From: Macrostomum lignano
Taxonomy: Eukaryota
DNA length: 64,000 nucleotides
Direction: 5' to 3'
Assembly (NCBI GenBank): GCA_002269645.1
Contig: NIVC01002036.1
Location: 62,001-126,000 of the forward strand
Both the position numbers and the translations under genes were made by a program. A model generated the notes under the pieces. It ran no database searches, had not been told where the DNA came from, and saw only the letters and a list, made by a program, of their open reading frames with translations. This document shows positions 35,901 through 49,164 of the stretch, one piece after another; positions within the stretch are counted from its first letter, which is position 1, and each line of letters opens with the position of its first letter.

Positions 35901-38900
35901 ACTCTCAGACCACTGTTGGGAAGTTCCACAGATGTCCTCAAAAATGTCCCATAGATAACCTCAAAGTCTCAAAATCCCACACAGATGACTAAATTTTCAA
36001 CATATCACAAAGTTTATAAAAATATCAAAATCTCATAAAGATGATCACAATCTGGAAATCTCACAAAGACTATCAAAATCTCACAATCTCACAGATGATC
36101 AAAATTTCAAAATCTCACACAAATGATCAAAGTCTCAAAATCTCACACAGATGACCCTAAAGTCTCAAAATCTCACAACAACAACAGAATACGCGATTAG
36201 CGTCACAGGGCGCGCTTCAAGGCCAGGTCGCGAATGAACGCCACGCCGCCGGCCGAATCCGGGGCGCCGGCGTCAGCCAGCAGGCAGTTAGCAGCAGCAC
36301 CTCCTGCACCGGCTTTGGGCAGTACGACTCGGCGCGGATGATGTGGCCTGCCAGCAAAATCTCACACAGATGCTCAAAATCTCACCCAGAAGATCACAGT
36401 CTCAAGCTCACCAACATCGCCGCCGCTGTCCAGCTCTGCAGAGCCGGCAGGCGCAGTTGCGGCCCCATCGCCGGGCTGCACAAGTTTCAGCCGGTCGGAC
36501 AAAGACTCAGCCAGGCGTCGAACCTCGGACCGCAGGCTGACTGGCTGAAGCAGCAAGTTCTGCTGCTGGGCTCCGGCCGAAGCCGCCACAGACGGGGTCG
36601 CAGCGGACGAGGGGCTGCTCAAGCCGACGCCGGACAGCGACGCAGATTTTGGTGCGGAGCCGCCGCCGCCGCTCTGCTGCGCTGCCGATTTCGGCGCCAA
36701 GATGAGCATCGGCCGGGTGACGCCGCCGTTCTCCAGTCCCGGATCGGCACCGTCATCCGCGGCCTCGCCGCCGCAGGCGCGAGAGTCCAGACTGGCAGGC
36801 GCGGACGGGGCGGCAACTGCGGACGATGTCGGCGTGGCCGAGCCCGCGATGTCAGTGGCAGCGTCTTCGCTGTCCTCCACCAGCTGCTGTTCAGCGGCGG
36901 CGTCGCCACGCTCCACGGCATCGGCCTCGTTGGCATCGGCGTCCTCGCGGTCGTCGCCGGCCGAGACGGAGCCGCAGAGGCGCAACAGGCTGTTGTTGAT
37001 TGGCCAGAGCCGCAGGGTGCCGTCTCTGGAGAGGCTGACCAGCGAGCAGCTGCCGCCGGGGCTCGCCTGCAGCCAGTCGAAGCCGTAGATGGTGTCCTGA
37101 TGGCCGACGAAGCTGAACACCTGGACGAGGCTGTTGTTTTGGTTAGTCCACAGTGTCAGCGAATCGGCCCGTCTGGAAATGGACGTTGCGCATTTGAAAT
37201 GCATTGAAAATAATTTTATAAATGGTGCTGGAAAGCTTTGACATGTATTAAAAACTGCTCTGTTAGACGCTACCGATATGTATCGATAGTAACTTAAAAT
37301 GAACAGTGCTAGATATCGCCGATATGTATCGATAGCACCTTAATAAACAGTGCCAGGTGTCGCTGATATGTATCGATAGTAACTTAATAAACAGTGCTAT
37401 ATTTCGCCTATATGTATCGATAGTAACCTAATAAACAGTAGGTGTCGCCGATATGTATCGATGGTAACTTATTAAACAGTGCTGGATTTTGCCGATATGT
37501 ATCGATAGTAACTTAACTCTCTTAAGGGAGTTGCATACGCTACCCCCTACCCAAAATTGCAAAGCTGAAAGCAATGGACAGAACCTGTTAGCTCCGGTCA
37601 CAGCGGCGAAGCCACCGCGAAACGGCGCGAATCTCGCCCGATGAAAGGCCATATCGTTGGTGATACCCTCGGCCAGCATTCGCAGTCCGGCTGGCTCGGT
37701 CTCCGAGTCCCACAGTTTGGCTCGGGAATCCTGCGAGCAGGTCAGTAACAGGTCCCCAGACCAGTCTAAGTCGCGTATTTTGCTCAGGTGAGCAGTCTGG
37801 TATTTCAATGGCAGTCTGAGAAGCGGCTCGGAGTTCGGACGCTCCTTGCGCAGGTCCCAGATGCGGACATCCGGGTCGTGCGACGTAGCCAGCTGGTGCT
37901 CGTTGGAGTCCGACCAGCGGACCTCGGAGGCGCCAAGGACGCTCTGTAGGATAACAACTGGCCGATTGGAGGCGCGCAGATCCCACACGCAGCAGGCCTG
38001 AGAACAACAAAATTCTGATTAGAAGGGGGTTCGATAACTGGACAGCCGCTAACTAACCGCGACTAACTCTGCTTAACTTGCAAGCAGGTGGACAAACTTT
38101 CACATTGCAAGCTTGAGAACCCTGCTACTCCAAGAGTCAGGCGCGTCATACATGCAGAATTTGCAGATCCCCGATAGAGTGGCGCTCACCTGCGCTCCGT
38201 CAATGCAGCAGGTGGCCAGCAGGTTGGGGCCCAGCCGGCTCCAGTCCTGCGAGCTGATGCTGCGCGAGTGGCCGCGCAGGCTGGCCAGGCAGGCGGGCGA
38301 GGAGCCGCCGCTGGCGCCGCAGTCGAACACCTGGCAGACATTGTTGCGCTGCAGTTGGGGCGGCGGGAGGGAGTTTTATAGGGATCTCTAATGGGAGATT
38401 AATATCTGGGTAATGGGATCTTTTACCTGGATGATGGGATCTCTTATTGGAGATTAACACCTGGATGATGGGATCTCTAATTGGAGATTAACACCTTGAT
38501 GATGGGATCTCTAATTGGAGATTAACACCTGCATGATGGGATCTCTAATTGGAGATTAACACCTGGATGATAGGCTATTTAATGGGAGATTAACACCAGC
38601 ATGATGGGATCTATAATGAGTGATACACCTGGATGATGATTGCTACATGATAAATAAGTTAAAAAAAGTTATTTGACTTTGACAGTGATGCATCTAATGG
38701 ATGAGCACAGTGAGCAGGCCAGTCACGTGACTAAAGCCAATGAGCTAATCGAACTCACAGCCGCCATGAACAGCTTGGAGCTGCTGGCATCTTGCAGCTT
38801 CTGCCAGACGGTGCAGTGCACGTCCCATTTGGTGTCGCCTTGGATTCGCTTGACAATTTGCTGATCATCAAAATCGTAGAGGACAATCTCTCGCTTGCTG

Positions 38901-39077
38901 CGGTTGTTCAGGGGGGAGTTAATATTGGCAGGCAGCCAATGTAATGCTAATACAATCTAAAGTCTCTTACCATCCTAAAATAGCCAATTTTCCCGATGAG
39001 TCAACAGACACTGATGACGAGTTTGACAGGCTGACAGATGTAAGTTCAATGCATTTTGTGGCTAGGTAACTGTCCAT
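21205..39077 (-). CDS. WDR59: GATOR2 complex subunit WDR59 (WD40 + RWD + C-terminal RING-like zinc finger), about 1222 aa model
   Basis: Phase-consistent exons: 38971-39077, 38759-38897, 38190-38348, 37585-37997, 36412-37172, 35455-35813, 34087-34451, 33326-33464, 32667-33188, 32158-32262, 30107-30128, 22931-23060, 21205-21652 (3669 nt). Signatures: [81 protein letters not shown]...[12 protein letters not shown]...CPAACGCVC. The three small middle exons are less certain. Confidence 0.92.
21670..22745. repeat. ~18-bp minisatellite (WDR59 last intron)
   Basis: GGAGGGTGTGGGATT(T/ATT)AT variants. Confidence 0.95.
23350..30022. repeat. (GACA)n satellite, ~6.7 kb, with higher-order structure
   Basis: GACA units with recurring variants (GAGACAGAGAGACGGAC; CACTAGGACAGACAGA clusters). 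Confidence 0.98.
30462..31312. repeat. 23-bp minisatellite
   Basis: GGAGATTAGGGGCGATTGTTGGT in tandem. Confidence 0.95.
32360..32580. repeat. 23-bp minisatellite
   Basis: AGATGATTTTGAGATGATATTCC in tandem. Confidence 0.95.
33545..34075. repeat. 20-bp minisatellite
   Basis: GGGTATTTAGGGATCTGAGA in tandem. Confidence 0.95.
34570..35454. repeat. 13/38-bp GAGAATCAC-based minisatellite
   Basis: GAGAATCACTCCCGAGAATCACCATGAAAGTCACTGTC, running up to the WDR59 donor at 35454. Confidence 0.95.
35930..36400. repeat. Degenerate TCAAAATCTCACA repeats
   Basis: Multiple imperfect copies in a WDR59 intron. Confidence 0.7.
37270..37515. repeat. ~44-bp minisatellite containing CCGATATGTATCGATAG
   Basis: Six imperfect tandem copies. 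Confidence 0.9.
38390..38640. repeat. ~34-bp minisatellite
   Basis: GATGATGGGATCTCTAATTGGAGATTAACACCT variants. Confidence 0.9.
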
Positions 39078-42019
39078 TATCATGCATTAATTGTAACAAT
39101 ATCAATAAATAATATTGCGTTGTTACTGTACCACAAAAAAATTGCTTGTATTTTTTATCAAAGTTAAATTGCATCAAAATTATTAGGGTTTTATGAATGA
39201 GATTAGGATTCCTATCTAATGTATAAGTTTAGATCAATTCAGTATTTATTATTTCTATAATTGGTAGATATTCTATCATAGTTATTGAGACTTATTAGAT
39301 TAGATTAGACTAGCAATCTTGTGCCCCTCTTTGGGTTGGCCAAAAAGAAAGGGACACCAATTATTTGTGAATCATATATACCTTACCATCTTAGCAAACC
39401 CCCCATAAGCATTGACTTCTTAGCCTTGAAAAGCCTTTTTTCTGAAATCAATCACATATACATACCTAGATACTGATAAATTGATATGGAAACTATTTTT
39501 TAGGCTATAAGGAAGGACAATGCCTAAACATTTTCTTCAGTATACAAGCTAGTGCCTTAAGTGGATATAATGGGCCTTATGCCAAAAAATCTTGATAGGC
39601 TCTTCACAGCAATTATCCATTGGGGATACTTGCAATATAAAAAAATTCAAAAAATTGTTATCACTTGCTTTGGTATATAATAATATATATAGAAAAGCTA
39701 TAGTCTTAAGTTAAAGTATGTATAATGCATATAAGAAGACTTAAAAAGTTTATACCTCATGCTATAATAAAGTGATTTCATTTGCTCTTCAGACAATTTT
39801 TTCTAGCAGATAAATAAATTGAGTCCCAGTTCCATAGTTCTGGCCTATTATAAATTGCAATATTCGTACATAAATGAAAACAAACATAATTTACTTCTTT
39901 GAGTAGTTAATATACAAATAGTATGCTATAACCTTGCATTACAAGGCAGCGTGGTGTGATAGGCTACATCAACCCCCCTCCCTGGCTTAGCGAGCCGGCT
40001 AGCTTGGTGCACACCCACCCCACCTCAGCTAGACAGAGGCTGGGGGGTTTCCAGTGCAGCTGCACTGGTGCTACCAGTTGCGTATAGTCTGACTGCCACA
40101 ACAAACAATAATAGATAAAAAGGTGGCAAATGGGCAATCTCCTAGTTTAATTAATTAAATTATTTGCAATTTTTAATTAAGTCATTATGAGGTCATGATA
40201 AATATCAAGCAAGCAAGTCAATAAGTCAGAAAGTCAGTTAAGCAAGTCAATATTAGTGTGCCATCTAGTAGTTAAAGTACTAAGACATATCCAATCATGG
40301 CCTTGTTTGTGCTATGCTTGACTATGTTTAGCACCTAATGGCCCTCACAGTAAACACCTTGGTGAGGTGATACTTTCAATGAAAGAACTTATTAATAGAT
40401 TTATCTATCTCTATCTCACTTATAAGGCTACCAAGCTTTATGGGATAGTTGAGCAGATACTGACACTGACAGTGACAGTGGCAGTCTAATAGGATAGTCA
40501 ATGCAATACTATTATTCAATCTGGTATATAGGTATATTGTATGCCTAGAGGTAGACAAAATCTAGCAACTAAGTGATAATAAGATGAGTGTAAAGAAGCT
40601 GCACTTTCTAATGGCCTTTTATATCCTAAAGGTAGGATATGCTTAGACATGACTATAAAAACTAGGTTTTATCTCAATGTTGTAGTCACATTACTAGAGC
40701 TTTTGGGTATCATCTATAGACTTTAATAGAATTTAACAGTAGGCTAAAGGTAGCTAGCTAGCAATTGTTGCTATGCTGTCTGATATGAATAGCATTAGCT
40801 CATATAATATAGGATGACATCAATGTCACAAAGCTTGGCTGCAGGCTCAAGTTAGTTTCAAGTACAGTAGAAGTTGGTACTCTAATTCTTCTAGCCATTG
40901 TGCTATTTTATTGTATCACTAAATTAGTTGAAAAGTTTAGAAAAAATTAAAAATAATTTTATACAGTAAACAATGAGATTGCTGGCAATCTATATATATC
41001 TAAGTCTATGTCTATCTTGTTTGTATAGTCATTTATTATTATTAAATAAAATGCAAATGAAAAATAACTTACTATTGTATATTAATAACCCCTAAGTCTA
41101 ATCACTATCAATATTAATAAATATGAGAAAATATAGACCTACTTTTACCCATGTAACAATTTAGAGCTATGGCTATATTGGGTCATGCACCAATGAAATG
41201 ACTAGAGGATACTACTTAATAAATACAAAGTTTTTTTCACCTAGTGAGCTTTGGGCTGGAATTTTGTAATACCTAAAGTATATTATAATTAAAGTAATAT
41301 AATTATTTAAAGTAGTATAATTAAATTATTAAATTATTAAATTATTATTAAATTATTTTAATTAAATTAAATAATTAAAGTAGTATAATTAAGGTATTAC
41401 TTTTGTAATACCTATAATTTAATAGAATTAAATTTTATTGTATCGATTATTTAGAGACTTCCAAGTTCCAAGGCATTATTAACATTGATGCTCCTAATAT
41501 TTTGTGTTATGACTCTGTCATACATAAAGTTAGCCTAATAGATAAAATAGGGCAAGTGTTGTAAAATGTCTCTAACATCAAATGATTTATAGGAAGAGAA
41601 ACTATGGGCATAAGTTCTGCTAATACAAGTAGCTAAGCATTAATAAATAGATGCACTACAGTGCAGTTGTGCAAAAGTACCAATAAAATATAATAGAATT
41701 GCTCAAATCACCAAGATAAAAAAAACTGGAGAAACTGGCAGGAAATAGCAGATATATGTAGGTCAGAAGTGATGGGTAGGTGGGTCAAGTGATCATTGGC
41801 CCAATTGTTCAATTGTATTATTCCTTCTTAATCTTATGCAATTGTATATGTACATTTAGTATAACCTCTTTCAAATGGAAGAGGATTTTATATCTCTATT
41901 CTGGTTGGATGGTAAACAGCGCTTACCATAGACTATTCCCTTTAGCAGAATGGTTTGCTTAGTCTATGGCTATTCCAGTTTAATAAAAAGACATAGACTA
42001 AAAATAAGGCCCAAAACTA

Positions 42020-43658
42020 AGAATGAGTACTGAAGCACAGACAGTTACTACAGTGCACCATACTTTCAAGCACCTCAAGCTCTCTCTAGGGACTGCTTCA
42101 AGCAGCTACTTGGTCTTTTCTGTTTCTACGATTGCACTGAAAATCCAATTGTCAATGGTCCTCTCTTTAAGATCCATCCATTGCTGCAGGCTTTGAGAGA
42201 TGCTTGCATTAATGTGTATAGGCCCGAGGAGGATATGAATGTAGATGAGTCTTTGGTGTTGTACAAGGTCGCCTGCACTTCAAACAGTATATTCCAACAA
42301 AGTGGGCTAAGTACGGAATAAAGCTATATTGTGCATGTGAGGCCAAACAGGCTACCTATACAACTTTTGCATTCACTCAACCCTAGAGGAGAACTGCTGG
42401 TTTGATGAACAGTTGCAGGGAGACAATCTGTCCTTCAGCGAGAAGATTGTTGTTGAGCTCTGCTACAACTTGCTACACCAAGGCTACTGCATCTTTGTTA
42501 ACAAATGGTTTGGTTCCTATCAGCTGTCAGAGTACCTGCTGACTCAAGGAATCCACCTGACTTGTACCATCCAGGCCAACCAAGGTATGCCAATTGAGCT
42601 CAGACTAGAGGTCGGACGGGATTGAAATCTTCGGGCGGGATCGGGATCGGGAATAATTTTTTTCTCAGGATCGGGATCGGGATCGGGATTTCCAGAATCG
42701 GGATCAGGTCTTTTAGTGTATTGTCCATGTAAAGTTAAACAAAATTGAGAAAAGATTGTCATGATCAAGAAGTAAAACACAACGAAATTGATATAAAGTT
42801 TTGTAACCAACAAAGTAAATAATGTAATGAGTACAAGTTAAAGCAAAATACCTTCAAGTAATCACTAATTCTATAAATTATTTAATCAAAAGACCTGTTC
42901 CCAAATCTCGAGTTTTTTAGGGTCGGGATTCTCGTCCCGTGGGAATTCAATTTTTTTCGGGATCCCGAGATTTCGGTATCGGGATCGGGATCCCATCCGA
43001 TCTCTAGCTCAGACAGCTGCTCATTCCACCTAACAATGTTGCCTTCATGTATAAAGACGGGGTGCTGGCTGTCAAGATTGTTGAACGAAAGGAAACTGGC
43101 TTGAAGACTCTGTATTTGCTGGACACAAAAGAGGCAGCTGGGAGGGTTCAAACCAGACACGTGGTTTGTGGAGGAGCAGAAACAGTGGTGCATAAGAGCA
43201 GGTCAGTTCTCACCTATAATTGGTGCATGGGTGGTGTTGATAGAATGGAAAGTCATCTACAGCCTTATCTGCCAGGAAGGAAAACTGAAAAGTGGTTTTT
43301 GAAGCTTGGCTTGTACCTATTTTTTCAAATGATTTGCAACACTTAGATTGTGTATAGCCAGTGCAGTGGAGAGAAGATTTTTGCCAAGTTTCTTAAGGCC
43401 AGCATTTGGGAGCTAGTGGAGTATACTGGAAGGAGCATGAAGCGCCCGGCCACTACCATCCAAGCCGCTTCAGGTGGCCCAGTCAGTCTGCACTTTCCGA
43501 AGAAGATTGTGGTGCAGGACAGTCAGCCAAGACCAACAAAGCGCTGTTGTGTCTGCTACAGAGCTGGAAGCAGCAAGTGCATGGTTTATTGATGCCCTGA
43601 GTGTCCAGGGGAACCAGGGCTCTGCTTGGAAGCCTGCTTTCAGCAGTGGCATACCTGA
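42020..43658 (+). mobile_element. Decayed piggyBac (PGBD4-like) transposase pseudogene
   Basis: Y*STD, LSRDCFKQLL, FKIHPL, MNVDESLVLYK, FKQYIPTKWAKYGIKLY, YNWCMGGVDRM, RKTEKWF, and C-terminal Cys-rich KRCCVC...CPEC...LCLEACFQQWH; frameshifts and stops; split by a MITE. TIRs/TTAA not identified. Confidence 0.9.
42606..43006. mobile_element. hAT-type MITE 1 (401 bp) inserted in the piggyBac transposase
   Basis: TIRs TAGAGGTCGGACGGGAT / ATCCCATCCGATCTCTA; exact 8-bp TSD GCTCAGAC (42598-42605, 43007-43014). Confidence 0.92.
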
Positions 43659-45026
43659 TTTTCGACTATGATTTGGACTAAGTCTGCCTTTATGAATCTA
43701 TATGTATTTGAAGGCAACATATTCACTTGAACTTAGTCAAAATATAATGAAAGTCAGTATATTTTAATGTAGTTTATGTTTACTGAGTTATTATGTTTAT
43801 TTAAAGTTTAATGTTGTTTAAACACATATCACAATGTTTTTTTGCATTTTGGAGTACTTTTACATCTAAATGTACAATCTGTACAATGTACTTACTTTTG
43901 TTTTACTTTGTTAAAATATATTTTTGAATGAATTTCTCTTCAATTGAGTTGCTTCTAGACTGTAAATGATCTGTAACAGATTTCAACCAACTGCAGTATA
44001 AAAGGCAAACAACTTAGGCTAGAGCCAAATACAATGGAGCAATTAGTTTTTCTCAAATCTGTCTTTGCCAGTGACAATTTAGCCCATTATAGTAAGTAAC
44101 CAAAGTAAAATACCCATTAATGATCTTGTTTCTAATGTTTATAAATATTAAGCTTCAATTTAATTTAGGCACAATATGCTATTTCAAAAATTCATCCTAA
44201 TACCAGTTTGCACCAGGGCAGCAGAAAAGTAAGTATTTTGTTGTTGGAAATCAGATTAAGCAATCATCCTATATACTAATATACTAAGATACTTAATATA
44301 CATTAATATATATAATGTAATATTATAATATTAATGTTTATATTATATTAATATTCAATTATATAATAATCTGGTTGTCATTACAAGCCATATTCATTAC
44401 AAGCCAGACCACCTAATGCACTTTGTGCATTGACTGGCTGTTTGTTCCTCATGCTTGGCACTTTGTGCCTCGCACGTTCATTCTGCTCCGCTTATCCCAC
44501 AACCCCACAACTGGGTTTATGGGTTTCACAGAGCTTACTAGGGAACTAGATATAAATCCTAAGAAGAAAGAATGCAAGTTAAGAATTTCTGGCATAAATT
44601 TGGTTAGAAATTATAATTAGGCCAAGGTAAATAGTTTGTGTAATAATTCTACTGGCATGTTGTAATGGCCATAAAAAACTAGCATATATACATTGACAAA
44701 AAATCATCATTGACATTTGCTGTTTGTTTTATGTTCCAGCATATTAATTTATATTTACATGATCTCCACTATGATAGGCTAGAAAAGAGGTTAGGATAGG
44801 CCAACTTGCCAACAGAAACCTGTAAAGACAGAATGACTAACTAAAAGTGGCTAGAAAGCAAAATAATCAGCAAGAGACATTAGGGCCTATAGTTGCTTTA
44901 ATTAATAAGTAGCAATATTAATAAAACTCTTTGATTTATTGTTGGCTCAACTTGGCTGTTAAATTTTGACAGGGTAGGGGTCTAGGACTCTAGGTCTACG
45001 TCTACAATTAAGGTCTAATGATTGCT

Positions 45027-45039
45027 GTTGCCTGGCAAC
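45027..45039. promoter_or_regulatory. X-box (RFX)-like palindrome
   Basis: GTTGCCTGGCAAC at the edge of the CpG-retaining block. Confidence 0.45.
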
Positions 45040-47572
45040 CTGAATATACAGGAAACAAAATAAAAAAGTTAAAAACTGAAAATTGAAGCAGAATGAAAGC
45101 ACTCGTTTAATAAATCGTAACACGAAAAGACAATAGTATGTACTTTAACTGACATTGACAATAGCTAGTAGTAGTAGTAGTAGTAAGTTGGCTCAGGCAA
45201 GAAGCCTGTTTGGCCAATATATTTCTGTGTATTTAAGATATTTTAGCATTTAATTATTTAATTACGATTAAGTGAGTTTTGCAATATGGTATTTGAAAAA
45301 CGCGGAAATTTTATTAACGAAACTTGGACGATTAACGAAGCGAAAGAAAAAGCAAGAGTATTGCGTGAAATTTATGTTTGTAGTTGGCTTCTATGAAAAA
45401 ACTGCATTTAAAAATGTATCTAGGTTTAACAAATCTGTTTTTTTAATTCGGTGTTTAATTTTAAAATGTAATTATCTTAAAACTTAATTAGTATTTTACA
45501 GTTATTAACAAAACATTTAAGTAACAATTACAAATTTATTTCGGTCTTTGTTCAACAACAAATCTTCGCAGCTGCTGCTGCAGTCGTGCAGTCGTGCGAA
45601 TGTAGAACAACATGCTGAGTCAGCTTAGGTCTCTTTTCACTCTCTCGTTCATAATTAATTTTATTTTATCGTATTTTAAGCGAGGACTACTCAGGTAGAA
45701 AAACAATAAACTACATTTCTTGAAATTCTTTTAGGAAGCAGGTTTTGCTTAAGAATTTCTGCATTATTTATGCAACGGAGAATGGTGGCCAGGCATAGCC
45801 ATAGGCTTACTTACTTAACAATTTACATTTTTTCACTCTTACAGTAAAAATATTTTTGCTTTAGATAGGAGAAAAACCTAACATTCATCTTTTTATATGC
45901 CTAACTTATAGCTTACTATTAATATTATTATATATTAATAATTCATAGAGCTTAAATTTTGCTTAGAAAATTAAATTAGGATTCTATTCTATAGGGCCTA
46001 AACTAAATTTTTGTTTATAAAGAATAAGCTTTGCAACAGGGACAGCAAATGCATTGTTATCATCATTGGATAGGGCTCATAATAATGCTCATATTAGCTG
46101 GCCTGCCTGGCCACTCATATTTAACTATGTAATCGTAACCCATAGCATAGTGTGGATCATGCTAAGTGCACGCGAGAAACGACCCAAAGCTAATTCCCAA
46201 AAGCACACCGACAACAAGCGAATGCACGCCAATGCACGCGTTCGGCATAAATTCAAATTCAAATTGAAGACAAAAAACGTATTTTAAATTGCATTGTGTA
46301 AAACAAAGCAACAAACGATGTACAAAAGAAATGATATATCTTTAAAAACGTGTATTTCTCATACATTAATTTATTTAGCAGTCTTATACACTGTTTATTT
46401 ACAATAGTTTTTTTTTCAAAAGTTAGGCCTAAATACAATAATACGTATTTTATGTCTGCTTACCATTGCATTGGCAGCTTTGCCGCATCAGGTACCAGGC
46501 ACGCGGCACGCGGCGCATGCCAGGCACGCCAGTGTATTTATGTAGTGTGCATTATGCATGCCAAATGAATGCCACTTACCTAATCGCACGCCGGTGCATG
46601 CCACTTTTGAAAATGCATGCGGGAAAATTCTCGCGTGCACTACATGATCAGATGATCTACACTATGGTCTAGATCGTAACTATAGCCAGGAAGCCAGCTT
46701 GTAGGCAAAACTCTGTTCTTAAAAGATGTTTAAATTTTATTTTGTATTTCTTTAAAATTGAAATATTATGATTAAAAAAATATTATATTTACGAAAATTA
46801 CATTTTTAGGGCCTAACTCCTTTTGTATGAGTTATAATATCTTATTATAAAAAAATTAGCTTTATAAGCTATGTTATGTAGAAGGGCCTATCTTACTAGC
46901 TATACTTTTTTCTTTTTAAAAAGTTGTTTTGTCTGCTACCTATTGACAGACAAAATGATTGTGCACTTGCTTAAATAATTTATAGTAAAATTAGCAAGTC
47001 TAGTGAGCAATGCAGGAAAGTAGAAAAAAATAGAATAAATTGGTAAAAAGGATAATATGTTTGATTAAGAAAAACATTAAAAAATAGAAGTTTTCATAGA
47101 ATAAAGATAAAAATTTTGCTTTAAATAAATGTTTTTATAAAAAAATCAGTCAATGTTGACAAAAATTATATACATTTAAAGTTTTTAATTTTTCTTCTTC
47201 TAAATTTCATGTTTTTGATTTTTTTTCTATAAGTGTATATTCTTAAAAAGTGACAACACATAAAAAAGAGAAAGGTGTTATAAACAATGTTGATGAAAAT
47301 AGATAGAAATGACAATAAATTTTACTTTTTATTTAATAGAAGAAATTAATAATTTCTTTTTAAAGTTTATTTTTTTAATTAGGTAATAAATAAATTAATT
47401 GAGTTAATTTATAAGTTATATTATCTATAAATTGGAAAATCTGACTTTTTGAAAAAAAATGATTATAGTACCTTATGGGAAAATGCATTATGGAAGTATA
47501 AAAATATGACACTAAAAATGCTATAACCTTTTTATTATTTGACCAAAATTCAGAAGTGAGGTATCTTTTTAC

Positions 47573-47980
47573 TAGGGGTTGGACATGATCACAATTGTGA
47601 TCACAATTTCGTGAATTCACGACCATTTTTTTCACGATCGTGATTTCCTTGAAACCCATTCACAACAGTCATGAATTTCCACTTTATTACATTTTTATTA
47701 GAAGTATAACTTTTCTACTTGGTTTACTAAAATATGTGAACACACATGTATAAAAGAGTAATAAATTTTAAAGTTGTTGACTTGATAGCATTACCAAGTA
47801 GCTATTATCAATTTATAAATATTTCTTTTCTTGTTTTGTTATTTTCAACACTTGTAACTTACGAGCTCAAAATACGTGTATGCAAATATAAATTCATGAT
47901 CATGATTACAATCACGCCCAACTTTGAAAATTTCACAAAATTTCACGCCTGACCAAAATTTTTTGCTCGTCCGACCTCTA
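47573..47980. mobile_element. hAT-type MITE 2 (408 bp)
   Basis: TIRs TAGGGGTTGGAC / GTCCGACCTCTA; exact 8-bp TSD CTTTTTAC (47565-47572, 47981-47988). Confidence 0.9.
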
Positions 47981-48478
47981 CTTTTTACTCATACAAACAA
48001 GATCTATTATACTGCATAGAAATTTAAAAGTTTTAAAATCTCACTAGAGCCCCTAGTAAAATGACTGATTATCCCTATTTTTCTTTTTTTATATATAGTC
48101 TATTTTTTAGTCCCTGATAAAATACTATAGTTTAACCAATGGCACATTGGTGCAGAGAAGAAAATAAAGTATACATGTGCAACTGCTGGCAAACCTAGCT
48201 GATCTGACTACTAAAAATTGTGGTTGACCAGGGATAAGTTGCAAAATTGTCTTCTAAAAAGAATATAAACATAAGCCTAATACTAATTAAATAACAAGGC
48301 ATTTATCCTTATTAAGTCATAATTATTCTTGCCATTTATCCAAAATTATGTTAATTTTTGCTTTCTTTCATAGCTAAGTTGCATTTTTGGTCAAAAGTAA
48401 ATTTTATGGCCAGTGTAAATCAGGACTTTGTGCATGTATAAATATGGGGGTGTATTTCCTTGGGCTACTAATCACTTT

Positions 48479-49164
48479 AGCAATAAGACATTTTGGCAAA
48501 TCACTTGGTGACAATGTTAGGCTATTTTGGCAAAGTTTCTAGTTATAACTAATTTATGGACTTAGACTTAGACCCAGACTAATATGTCATTTTGATAATT
48601 TATAAACCTAGACTATCTCTTTAATGGACTTAAATCAAACTTAAAATTTAACATGTTAAAATCAATAAAAAGTTCTAAATTGGATATTTGTCCAGGTCTG
48701 AGTCTATATAATATAGCCTATAAATTAGCCAATTTTTTTAAATATCAATTTAACAAAATAAAGATGCAGCTATTGCTTAATACTCAAAATAGACTAACTA
48801 TTTCATTATATTTTATTTTAATGACTTTTATTCAATTTGAAATCATAAGGCTTTTTACATACTATTTTAACATTTTTTTAACAAAGTATGTGGCAAACAT
48901 TTTTCATTTCACTATTATAGTAAAAATTATTTGACTTTATGACCTTATTTATGGTTCATTTTACTCTCAAAATAAATGAAAAAGAAATATAAATGATTCA
49001 TCAAATCAAGACTTTTTCTTAACTTCATATATTAGGCTTTCTGCCAAAATGTCTCCCTCTTTGTTGCCAATATGGCAATTCATTTGTTATTATTTGAAAT
49101 TCATTTGGCAAATTCATTTGTCCCAAAATTGTCACCAGTGTCTGTGCCAAAGTGTCTTATTGCT
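48479..49164. mobile_element. Old inverted-repeat element (MITE-like)
   Basis: AGCAATAAGACATTTTGGCA...GGTGACAAT mirrored by ATTGTCACC...TGCCAAAGTGTCTTATTGCT; no TSD found. Confidence 0.55.

Noticed and set aside
37428-37585. ORF-track extension of the WDR59 exon to FWVGGSVC...
   Set aside because: Read-through into an intron; only the donor at 37584 gives the phase needed by the next exon.
38990-39045. Acidic plus-strand stretch ([11 protein letters not shown]) as the piggyBac N-terminus
   Set aside because: It is the antisense of WDR59 coding exon 1 (MDSYLATK...[14 protein letters not shown]), which fits phase and homology.
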